Part shown: positions 11,808-24,200 of the stretch, piece after piece
Numbering within the stretch: position 1 is the stretch's first letter
Layout of the letters: the number at the start of each line of letters is the position of its first letter
From: Dimorphilus gyrociliatus
Taxonomy: Eukaryota; Animalia; Annelida
Direction of reading: 5' to 3'
Assembly (NCBI GenBank): GCA_904063045.1
Contig: CAJFCJ010000012.1
Span: forward strand, 930,001 to 994,000
Length of the DNA stretch: 64,000 nt
Program-made: the position numbers and the translations under genes
Notes under the pieces: model-generated
Databases searched by the model: none
What the model was told of the DNA's origin: nothing
Seen by the model: only the letters and a program-made list of their open reading frames with translations

Positions 11808-14800
11808 ATGCGCACGTCGGTAGCGTTACTCTCTTCACTTTTAATTCTTGTACTCTTTGAGGGGGTTTGTTCAATGAAAAAAGGTAGGAAGAAGACCAAG
11901 AATAGAGAAAAGTCTAAAGGTTTGTATGCTTTTAAATCTTTTTTTATTCAATATAAAGAGATTCCCTTCGGGCTTTGAACCTTTCCTATTTCGTTGTTTA
12001 TAGAAAAAGCACTTTGGTGGCTTGATATATTTTGTTACGGCATTTTGATTAAATATATAATAGCTCATTTAATTTTTACCTCTGTTTCTGAATAAGTATA
12101 TTTATCACATAATAAATATTCATTCGGTTTTTTCTCTCTTTTTTTCCCTTTCGTTTCCTCTCTGCTGTTAATTCTTTTTCTCTCTTTTTTTAGTTTTATC
12201 TTTTTCTTTTATCTGAATTGGAAACTAAATGGAAAAAATGAAAGTTATTCGTTCTAAAAATAAACATAGCTTTATTTAATACTTTTAACAAGTTTACCTT
12301 GAAAAATTCGTCTTAACTTCTATATCACAGTTGAATATGTATATATTCATTCTGTATATTTATATAATTTTACTTGTATTCGATGAATGCAGTAAATAGA
12401 TATATACAAATTTATAAATTTAACCGTTTCTTTATATAAACGCCGAATATCTTATCGATTGCGTAAACAATTGTAGAGAAATTAAAAACCCACAAACTCT
12501 TCTTATGTTTCAGTTCACTTTTCTACTGAATACGATCTTGTGCAAGACCTTTTGACCAACTATGATCCGATAGTTAGACCAAGGTACAACTCTTCTGAAA
12601 CCGTCGTCGTAAGGATCCGGTTCTCCCTACAGCAAATTTATGATTTAGTAAGTAAAGATAGAATTGCATTACGGTAAAATAGGGAAAAAATAGATAAAAG
12701 AGAAAAAGGGGGGAAAATGGCTACCTATGATATTCTCTCCAAGAGTTTTTTATTGTTATTTCATTTTTTAAGAAAATTCCAATCTCCATCTTTTATCCTC
12801 TAGTAGCAATTCTCCACAAAATATTAATCTCTTTTAAGGTACAATTTCTATACTTTTAATATATCGTTTCGCTCTATGAATAGGAAATAAAACGATGTAA
12901 ACTTGTATTTAGAGAAGGAAAAGAAAGGAAACATTTAGAGTAAAATTTCTTTTTCGAATATTTTAAACAGGATGAAAAGCGTCAAATATTAGCAATTAGT
13001 GGTTGGTTAACGGCAGAATGGGTATGGAGTTCTTTTTATTTATTACAGTATAATAATTTGTTATTAATAATTAATTGATCATCTCAATATATTAAATAAA
13101 TAGCTCGATGAGTTTTTAATGTGGGATCCTGAAGAGTATGGGAATATATCATCTCTAGTGCTCGATCCAAGACACATATGGACACCTAGTTTGGCCATTG
13201 GTAATTCGTAAGTATAGAACATGTTGTATAAAAGTGACATTTTTTTTTGGTAGTGGCGTTAGGCGAGTATCTTTCCAATTTGTGTATTTGTAGGACAATA
13301 AGACGACCAGCGTAGAGGCGTATTTACTTTGCTGATTATAGCTTTAGATAGGCGTCGTTTCGTTCTTTCTGTATGTGTCATTCGTTTCCGCTGGACTTTC
13401 AAGAGAATCGCTGTGCCTGAACGAACCTAATCTAATCCTAAGATGTATCAGTAGTTGAATTTAACGGTTTCATGCACTTAAGATGGAGAATGATTCCTTT
13501 ACAAATACCCACTCTAAAGACTCGTTGACCTCAAATATCCATTTAAATCCCTTAACAGACAGAATATCATGAAATAGTCCTTAATACCACTAGGTTCATT
13601 ATTTTAACCTTTTATTCATGACTTTATTAAAAACTCTTATTGAAAACTAATGACTGTTCTTATCTCAGGGCGGATAGAATGTTTCAAACATACCGTCACT
13701 TTTGGATTACAGTCAGGAGTACAGGCGAAGCCAGATGGCAACCTGGGGGTACTTTTGCTTTTACTTGTGCCCTTGATATGAATTACTATCCGTTCGATAA
13801 TCAATATTGTACAATGGAAGTGGAAACATGGCATTATAATTCGGAGAAGCTACAATTTAACATCTCAAAACACGAGTAAGTTAAGAAGGCCTAAGTTGAT
13901 TAAAATTATACGTTCCACCCTTGATAAGTGACCATCTGGGGATCAGTTTATAAAGTCTCGCTTCGTTTTAGAACAAGAATTTTATGATACTATTTTATCA
14001 TGAGATAACTTATATACAGTCAATTTATTCTATATGTATATAGATATATAGTCAATAGATAAAGAAAGAGGAATAAAACGAAGACGAATAAGGAATAGTG
14101 GATTGATTTATAAAAAGAGAATTTGTTAATATTAGATTTGTATCGCTTTTCAACAATTTAACAGATTTGGATTGGAGACGTATCTACAGCACGGAGAATG
14201 GGAAGTTTATAAAACACTTGTACGATACGAAAACGTCGAGTATAAATATTATCAGGATGAACAATTTCCGGAAGTCTTCTTCAGTATATTTATTAGGAGA
14301 AAATATACTTTTTATTTTATGTATATCCTACTACCATGTATAGTAAGTTATTAGTTGAAATTTTCTTATTACCTGTTATAAAGTCTCATCATCTAACAAT
14401 TGAAAAAAATAAGATATCTTCATTTTCAGATGCTTTCTTTTGTCTTATTAATGACCTTTTTATTACCGGCCGACTCTGGAGAGAAAGTTAATCTTGGTGT
14501 TTCAATACTGGTTGCATTTTCAGTTAGTAATTTTATCTATATAAATTCTCTTTTTCCTCTCTCCTCCTTCTCTCTGCTGTTCTTTTTCAATCATTTTGTT
14601 TTCTACTTTCTGTTTTCTTTTATTGTATTTCTAGGTTTTCTTGCTAATAGTGGCCGAAAAGGTTCCGGATACATCTGACGCAGTACCAATTATTGCTATT
14701 TATTTGATGTATTTTATGGCAATTACAGCATTGTCTGTTATGGCTAGTACAATCGTTCTGAAGCTGCATTTCAAAGGTAAGTGCGAGTGATAAATTAATG

Positions 14801-15287
14801 CTATAAATAACTGGAAATGGCATTGCTCTCTTCTTGTTAATGTGTTGACTTTACCGTTTAACGATGGAATTACTTAGTTTTTTTTCTTGATTTATTTAAT
14901 AATAAAGGTTCAGAGAAGAAACCGCCCAAATGGCTGCAATCATTCGTATTCGATTGCCTAGCACCCCTATTATGCCAAAAGAGCCATACTCATTGGCATA
15001 CTAAACAACAACTTCGGAATTCCATTACAATGACCTTTGTCTCAAGTCCATCGGAAAACGAATGCAAACCAATGAAAGAAGTTTGCGCTTGTTCCGAAAC
15101 TGAATCCGAAAGAGGTTCAGCGGATGAGAAGGCTAAACGAGAGAAAATTACACAAGAGTGGAAGAAAATAGCGGAAGTGATAGATCATTTATTCTTTTGC
15201 ACCTTTCTCTTTCTGATAATTCTTCCTCTGGGAGGTCTTGTTGTGTTTGCTCATATCTTTCATACTACAGAATCTGATATAAAATGA
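11808..15287 (+). CDS. Cys-loop ligand-gated cation channel, non-alpha nicotinic acetylcholine receptor-like subunit, 9 exons, ~454 aa
   Basis: Exons 11808-11883, 12514-12647, 12971-13021, 13104-13207, 13669-13875, 14165-14342, 14430-14522, 14635-14776 and 14908-15287 are all phase-consistent. Motifs: LLTNYDPIVRP, DEKRQIL..GWL..EW, WDPEEYG, Cys-loop CALDMNYYPFDNQYC, IRRK-M1, PADSGEKV-M2, VPDTSDAVP, EWKKIAEVIDHLF-M4. Confidence 0.96.
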
Positions 15288-16132
15288 TATATATGGCGTA
15301 CAAAGTTCTCTTCCTTTTGCGTAAAAGACAAAAGCACTCACCTGACATCTCTTTTTACTGTATAATCCACAGTTTTCTGTCGTAAGAATTGTGAATTAGT
15401 ACAAAGGTATAAATATTTGTAAATATTAAAAATGATTAACATTACTAAGAGTAAAGTGACTTTTTGAATATTGTTTTCTTTCTTATTGTAACTCAATTCA
15501 CAATAAAAACTCTTCATCAATGATTCTTTTACAACTACAATATAAGATGTATTTCTTTGAAGAAAATTAAAACAAAAGCATATTGAACTAAGAAATATAA
15601 TTAATAATTATTTTATGTGCAATTTCTATTATAACTTTACATCTATGGTTTTCTCATCTATTTAATTCTTAATTAATAATTCATGAGACAAATCTTTTAA
15701 TCTATATAAATTACTTTTTTTCCTTCTTCCTAAGATAAAAGAAGGGAATTGGAGATAATCTCTTATTCCTGTTTCTTCCGTATGAACCAATAAAATCTCC
15801 TACAAACTTTTCTTTCGCCACCTTTTTCATTTAATAATTACATTTTTATTATAGAGAAATCATTTCCTGTTCAACATCTGGAAATCGTTTAAAATAATCC
15901 TTGTGAAAAAAAAAACTAGGTAAAAAAAAGGAGAGAAAAAAGAAATTCTATTTTCTTCTTCAGTTTGCAAGTTTTGCAGCGTTTTGTTTTTATTTCTGGA
16001 ATTCTGTTTTCTTAGTTTATATAGAAAGCTATAATTAAGGCTTGTCGAATCTATTTTTCGTCACGCAATTATTTTGAAAACTTTGATAGCAAAATAATTT
16101 TACTTAATTAGAGAGACAAAATAAAACCGATT

Positions 16133-17694
16133 ATGGATTTAACCTGGTTCCGTCACAGTGTCACTCTTTTACTATCTCTTATAAACTTTATATTTTTTGT
16201 TAGTATTTCTATTATTAATTCTTTAAGATGTAGATAATTATCATAAATGTGTATAATACAGTAATTATGATAATAAATAAAAGTAACATATATATATATA
16301 TATATATAATGTAAATATATACTTTATAAATATTTTCCAGTATGTTTACTAAAATAACATGTACAAATAGAATCCTTTCTCTTTGCAGTTCATTTCTTTG
16401 TCGGTGTTTTCAGGATTAATCTTTTTTCTTAAACAACACAAATACGTAGTAAAGTGGACTCTGGATCAATTTTCTTTCGGAAAGGAGACTAATAACCTAA
16501 TAAAGGATCTAATAGAAGATTTCGAAATTCCTGATACTGTTCTTGCAATTTTAACATATCTTTGTACAGTATCTATTCTTATCAGTTTGACATCAATTTT
16601 TGGTTTTATAGGGTCATTTATGAAAAGAACTCTGCTTCAATCAATACACTCATTAATGATTGGTTTCTTAATATTAACTACAATTTTTATTTATAATATA
16701 AAAGGGAACGCTTCAGAGATAATAGAACCAGATTTAAGACACATTTTAATACACTCTTTCGAAGGGATATATATAAAACAGAATAATACTTTAAAAGACG
16801 AGTTTGAGGTGAAAGTAGTAAGAAAATTCGGAACTGTTTTATGGCTTGTTCTAACCCTGGGAGTAAGCTAATAAAATTCCATCTACTTTCCGAAATGTAA
16901 AATTATCTACTTATTTTTTCTTATTCCTTTTTTTTTTTTTAAAAAATAATAACAAATCACAATCAAATCATTAAAAAAAAAGCTACAGTGTTGTGGCATA
17001 GATGACTATAAAGATTTTCAGAAAGCCTCAAAATGGAATAAAGTTATAAATATAAAAAGAAAAATTGGGGAATTTATGATAACATCTAAAATTAAGGTGA
17101 GTTGTTTTCATCAATAAAATAAATTATAATTAGATGAATTCATTCTATAAAAAATTTATAATAGAAAGAAATTCCACTTTCTTGCTGCAAGTTAGAAAAG
17201 GATTGTGAATTCTCAACAAACATTTACGATCTGAAATTTGTCAATGTCCAAAAATGTCTAGTACAGCCGAATAATTTCAACGCCAACCTTTATACTGGAT
17301 GCAAAGGTGCGTTGGGAGATTATTTACGAGTCCAGCTTGGGTCTAGAATACGGATAGCCTATGCAATTTTTATCTCTTCTATGGTAAAAAAAACAACAAT
17401 TATTGACTTTATAGTTAAATTGAATATTAAAATAAATTCTGCTACTAATTATAATAACAACAATAGCGCTAATTAATTTTACAGATTCTTCAAATGGTTC
17501 TGTCAATAATTCTTATCCTATTAAAAAGGAAAGAGAGAGCAAGTAGAGAGAATCTAATGAATTATCTGCCTTTACAGGAGGAAAAGAGTTATATTAAATC
17601 ACCTAACCTTTCAAAGCTATCAATTTCAAATTCCAAGCTTGAAAAAAGGCGAAATGTTGTTGTTTACAAGAAAAAATACCTAAAAGATATATAG
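16133..17694 (+). CDS. Tetraspanin (paralog 2, divergent), 5 exons
   Basis: Exons 16133-16198, 16389-16862, 16983-17096, 17165-17383 and 17485-17694 are in frame (all phase 0). LQCCG, IPLSCC and TGC motifs; four TM segments. Confidence 0.88.
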
Positions 17695-18820
17695 TTTTAG
17701 ATTTTAAGTCGATATAATTATATGATAATTAGTATAGTACAATTAAATAGGATGATCTTTGAATAAAAGAGCATAAATGATATCACAAACCTTACTACTA
17801 TATTTATATCATTAGCTTATAATTTTGTAGATATTTGAAGAGTAAAGATCATATTTTTGATCTATTCGAATAATATGATACCGTATAACATAAAAGAAAT
17901 GTTCATTTATTTAAGTGTAAATGTATATTATTACATTTCATAAGATGAAAAAGTTTCTGAGGTTTGTTTTCAACTTTTAACGTTAGTAAATTATTGATTG
18001 AAAAAAGAAAACAACCTGAAATAAAGGTGTTTGTCAGTTTCTATCCAACAAACTGTCATTTGGTTTTAAGGGCTATTATCATTTCTGAATCCAACCAAAG
18101 CACTAAAAGTGGACGTAGAAAGTGTAAAAAAAATCATTGCGAATATCTTTTATCCTTTTTCCCGTATGTAGAGTTATTTTTATTCAATAAAAAGAAAAGA
18201 CTAAGCACTTTGTCTATATCTCTTGTCCTCCACTATCGAACATATACTAGATTTAGAAAAAAACATTACTTTCTTTCCCTTCTTAATTGTGAATCTTTAT
18301 GTGTGTGAATACGTGTGCTTTTTTTTATAAAGCTTGGAAAAAGACGGAATATTGAGGGATTAGTTGCTTTATAAAATATCTGCGATACTTTGCTTTTGAC
18401 TTAATAATCTTTAAGGTTACATTGAGCTCTATACAGATTATTTTTTAAGTGATAAACTCTTCTTCAACGATAGAACTATGGAAAGAATGAGAACGGAACT
18501 GAAGAGAAAAGCACAATATTATTATTATTACTGATATTATTATTGTTAGTATTGCTATTCAAATGTTTATTTATAGTAAACCAATTAATTAATTAAATTA
18601 TCCGTAAAAAATCAATATAAATAATAAAGATAAAGTTTACTTAATCACTTGTTTTCTTTAATAAAATTAATAAAACTAATGAATAAATGAATAAAAGACA
18701 AAATAAATAATAAAAATACTTAAGTTTACAAGAGAAATTTCGAATATTTAAAAATCTATAAAGAATTTTGGTAGAAATAGTAAAAAGAATAAAGAAGTAT
18801 TAATAGTTTGTATAAAGAAA

Positions 18821-20082
18821 ATGCTATGTACAGTTGCTAGATGTTGTTTGGTTACAGTTAGCCTGATTTTTATGGTATATTTATACTAAAGCAAAAATAT
18901 ATGTACACAGATATATTGATTATTTATATAATTATACTTTATATACTATAATAAATAAAATAATAGTAATAGTCCTAATTTTGGACAGCAATGCGGAGCC
19001 ATCATGCTTATAATGACCGCCTACTCGGTCGCCGACTTTCCTCAGTTTCGAAGATTGATATTATCATTCGATGAAGATATAGAGAATTCTTTAAAACATA
19101 TACCATTGCCAAAATTATTAAATGATACTATGATAGCTATACTTTGCATATCAATGATAATTATTATTATTTCAATTACTGGTCTATCCAATAATCGCTA
19201 CTGCCTATACGTTTACATATTTTCTACCTCATTAGTAACTCTGATTCATGTAATCATTCTTGTAACGGTATTTGTAAAAATGGAGAATTTCAAAAAAGGC
19301 TTAGAAAAGTATATAGAACAGCTCGTTTTTGATTCTTACGAGGGATGCTCCTTTTCGTTTATAGATAAAAAGTTTAGCGTATCAAAAAATGATCTCTCTA
19401 TAGCGATTGACAAAATTCAGATAGCTTATCAATGTTGCGGTGTAAAGAATGGTAATATTTACTCTCAGAACTACAAAAAGTTTAAGAAATGGAACAGCGT
19501 CGTTGATATGAATTTCACAAGTATATCTCCCTATTTGGGAATTCAGAGCGTTCAGGTACGCTTTTAATTAACTATTCTTTATCTCAGGTCTATTTTCACT
19601 CATTCACTTTAGATACTTGTGCCACCTTCTTGTTGTAAATTAAAGGAAAGTAATGTCAAGTTTTACAATCACGCTATTAAGAATAAAGATTTATATGAAA
19701 TCTTTCACGGATGCGTGCTGTCTGCGAGTGCAGCTTCTTCAAATTTTTATCATGGTTGTTATAAAGCTATAAACGATCGAATAGAGACAATTTATATAGT
19801 AGTGATATTGCTATTGTCTGTCGTATGTATCGTTTTACAGGTAATTCTATTTTTTTCTTAAGTATTATAAATGAAATAGCAATAAAAACAAAGACGATAT
19901 ACTTAATTTTGTTCCAGTTGGTTGGCATTTTAAGTGCGATAACTCGCATAAGAGAATTAACTGCCGAAGAGGAAGGAGACATAATAATCTCTTCTAAGCA
20001 CTCTTCCATACCCTTCAGCTATAGGGGAACGCCTTCAGTGAGAAGTAAAGCGGTTCTTGGACCAGTTATTCAATTGATTTAA
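18821..20082 (+). CDS. Tetraspanin (paralog 3, divergent), 4 exons
   Basis: Exons 18821-18874, 18989-19555, 19613-19840 and 19918-20082 are in frame. YQCCG, PPSCC and HGCY motifs; four TM segments. Confidence 0.9.
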
Positions 20083-20412
20083 TGAGTATCAAGAAGAAAA
20101 ACTCTCCTAAAGTTTAGTAAAAAATGAAGATATATATATATATTAATATATACACTAATATATATATATATATACAGTATATAGCTACATCCTTTTACAC
20201 TCATTCGCATTTAGCCAACTAAATATTACCCAAAAATATTCTACATCGCTTTTAATTTCAAGTTAACGCAGCAGATGTCGCTTTGATCAAGCGATTGTTC
20301 TAACAACTCTACTAATAGACTAATATAACTAATGATGTAAAGTACTATAGTAAAAAAAATCTTTATATGAACATAACAAAGTGTTCAAAACTATTAGTAT
20401 AAGCATATATCT

Positions 20413-20415
<3 letters not shown>

Positions 20416-20455
<40 letters not shown>
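20416..20455. repeat. (AT)n microsatellite
   Basis: About 20 uninterrupted AT units. Confidence 0.95.
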
Positions 20456-20459
<4 letters not shown>

Positions 20460-21299
20460 TTTATAGAAGCTTATAGTAACAATATATTTGTATTTAGAAC
20501 TTTATAAATTTTTGAAAATGCAATTTCATAGCTAAGTAGGCTAATTAACAAAAATATAGCAAAAAATTAGATTAAATTTTACAAACGAATCTAGCATGTC
20601 TTGTACAAAATGACGTTTTCTTCTCCTCTTTGATTTAAATAAGATAGTAGGAAATAGAAGTCGAATAGAGATGAAAAGAAAGAATGAGTGGAAGAGAACG
20701 AATTATGTAGATAGATTTACAGGCGGGTAATATACGTATATATATATATATATATACTGTTCCCGTATATTTTCTATCATAATACGGCTTTGTATAAATT
20801 TTTTTCTGAAAAAAATATTTAAAGAAAAAACGAGAAATGAGCGAAACTGAGAGAAAAAAGGAAAAGCTAATGATGCTGATGTAAAAAGTAATCGAAGAAA
20901 AAAAAACGGGTAGGAGGGTATGAGAGAGAATCTAAAGAAGAAACATGGGGGTTCTCTTTTGTACTTTAAGAAAGAATAAAAAAGGGGGCAGCGAGAGAAG
21001 GAAAAGTCCACAACGATTCTCATTTTATTGACAAGGCAAAAGTATTGATTAGGGATATTATTTAAGTCAAACGCTACTCGCGCCAGAAGTGCGCTAGATT
21101 TCTTTCAATGAACATGCAACTTTTCTTGATGAAGCTATACTCTATATTCACGATTAAAGCCTCTTTTGTTTCTTTATTCTTTGAAAATCTATAATTTTTT
21201 ACTTGAGCTAAAAATATTTAAAGAGGAGAAAAACACTTGTAAGATATTAATCTTAAGATAATTTGCATAGAAAAGTAAACAAAACTGAAAAGAATTGAA

Positions 21300-24200
21300 A
21301 TGAAAAGAATCGGAGGATTGATGATTAAATATCTTTGCCTTTTCCTTTTTGGAATTTCCATACTACTGGAAATCAGAGGTAAGTAAACTGATTTATTAAG
21401 TTATTGATATGAGAGATTTTGTATTTTACATCAAAAGAAGTTGATAAGAATAGACAAAGTACCAATTTTATTCCCTAACATTTCTTTATGTTTTTTCTTT
21501 TCGGATGCAAGATTTAAAGAGAGATTATCTATAATCTTCACATATTTAATAGTATATCATATAAAAATGTATAGATATTGCGTAATATGTTTACTTGTAC
21601 GGAATGTTTGGATAAGGAGAGGAGAAGTATTACTTTGTTATTGTTTTTAGTTGTAAATATGTGTTTATTTGACTAGAAAAATGCTTTTAGTTTGTTCAGC
21701 TGTCTCTTATATTTAACAAAAGTAAAATACCTTTTTTTATTACAGTTCTTTATGAGTTTAGTTTGTTTTAAACAGAAGAAATCACTAGATTTAATAGACT
21801 TTATTATATAAAAAAGGTATTATTAATTGGCTATTCGATATTTATAAAAAAGAGATAATGGCTAGTTTTAGCAGTTTTTCCTTCAGTTATTAGTATTCTA
21901 ATTAAGAAGTAAATCCTAAAATGAAGAGATTATATAAAAATAACCATTTTTTACCTATTTATCTCCTTTTCTTTTCTCTTTTGTTACATATTTGATTATC
22001 ATATTTTTTGTCTTTTCCCCTTTGTCTAGGTGAACACATTTTCTATATTTATAATTCATTTTTTCTTCTACTTAGTTTCTATCCTTCAGTACATGATGTA
22101 TAGAAAAGCTATTGCAAGAGTTGTCATCCTATAGGCTATTCATGGTATATAATTTATCGTAAATAGATAATGTGTTGAGAATGCATATTTCTTCATCCGT
22201 CTCTTTAATATTCTAAGCGGTTTGCTATAGTCAATAAATCTATCTTATAGCATCAAATTATAAGCGATCGAAGCATCTAATTTTCCCTGTAAATCTTCTC
22301 CATTTCGGTTTTCCTCTAATAGATAATCCTTTGAGAATAAACATCCTTATTTGCTTAGACCATAGAGCTTAAACTAAAGGATACTTGCAGTTCGTTGACT
22401 TAGTTTTATAATCCATTTGGAATCGTTTTAAGCATAATATTAAAATGGATATTTTTCAAAGAGTTTTTATATTGAAAATGAAGGCCTAAAGCAAAGATTA
22501 TGATTGAGTAATTAGGGTTTTATCTTTTTTTTTTCCATTTGGCAATGTAGTTTCTATTGATAGAATTTTTTACGAATGTTGCGTTACGGTGACACAAAAA
22601 ACAGGCAATTGATTTCTTCGATTCGACAATTCCTCAATTCTAATTAAGTATAAAATAAAAAAAGTAATGATTTTCCCACTATATTCAACTATAAGTATTT
22701 TTTTTATGATTCAAGCTATTGCAAATTAACTCATTCACCTTTTCCTTTTCCACTTCGGCATTCATATTCAATCTCTTTCTTTTTTTTTAACAAAAAAAAG
22801 TCACTTATTTGCCCTTTGTTTGCCCTATTCAGTGCCTTTTTATAGTTGAACAACTTAGTCGATATAAGACTATTTTTTTATGTAGTATCGCCCAACAAAT
22901 CCTTGTTAATCAGGGAATATCGTATAGAATAACACTAGTTGTTTTCTTTTCCTAAACGATTTCTCCTATTGATAACTTAAGGTCAATAAATTAAAAAATT
23001 TTCTTCAACTTGTGTTAATCGGTTAATATCAATATCTTTTTTTTTATTCCAGTAAAAACTCAACCAGATATCTTAAACGAAGCAAAGAATGCTGCAAAAG
23101 TTGCTGTTTTTCCTGTAAATTTATTTATTTTATTAAATTATACTATAATTATGCAAAAATTCTTTAAGGTTAAAAGTTTAATTACAGATTGAGCCCTACA
23201 TCAAAATAAATTACGATCCAAGTTTGGGTGGAAATCAAAAGTTTTATGGTTATCACGTAGATATATTAAAATTAGTTGCCAGGAGTCAACACCTTAATTA
23301 TGTTCTAAATTGGATAAGTAACGGAATAAGCTGCAAAAAATACTCATATGATAAATGGAATTGCGTAATTCGTGAATTAATTAATCAGGTTAGAATTATG
23401 GAGATACTTTATTTATGCCAATATTTTATTTTGAAATTTATAGTCTTTCACTCTTTCTACGCCCCCCTCGTTTTTCACACACACTCTCTCTCTCTTTCCC
23501 TCTCACACATATACACTTTCTTTCTCTTTTTTTTACTTTTTACTTTCTCTCATTCTTTGACTTTATACAATTTCTTATTACTTCTGACCTTATCCAACTA
23601 CTCCTTTTTCCTATTTTAATGATATTGGTAATTTAATTAAATTGTGGAAATGAAATATTTCAGAAATGCAACATTTCTATAGCACCTTTACCTATAGTGA
23701 GAGAATACTTCAAATCTATAAGCTATTCAACGCCAATAGAACAATTTAAATTCGTCGTTGTAGCCTCCAGGAAGTTCGGTACCCTGTCGATCGATTCGCT
23801 GAGAGGCCATCGTTACAGATTTAGTTGTATTTATGGTAGTTTCGTTCATAGAATGCTCAAAAAGGGAGAAAATGAACATTATCGAATAATTCATAAAAAT
23901 ATAAAGGATTACAGAAATTACGTAAAAAATGAATATGATGGATTTCATAGAGCTCTAACAAGAAGACATTTGTTCGTCATTGAGTCATCTTATGCCTACT
24001 ATTTCATTAATAAACGTGGTAGATGCGATTTACATATAGTCTGCGAATTTCCAGAGACATTTCAATATGCTTTTGCTGCCTCCAAGCAAAGTTTACATTT
24101 GCTAAAAAGGGTTGACAAAGGTCTGAGATCTCTACTTGGAAACCGTAGTCTCCTATCGAGTCTGAGAAGGAAATATTGGAATGATAAATGCGTAAAATCA

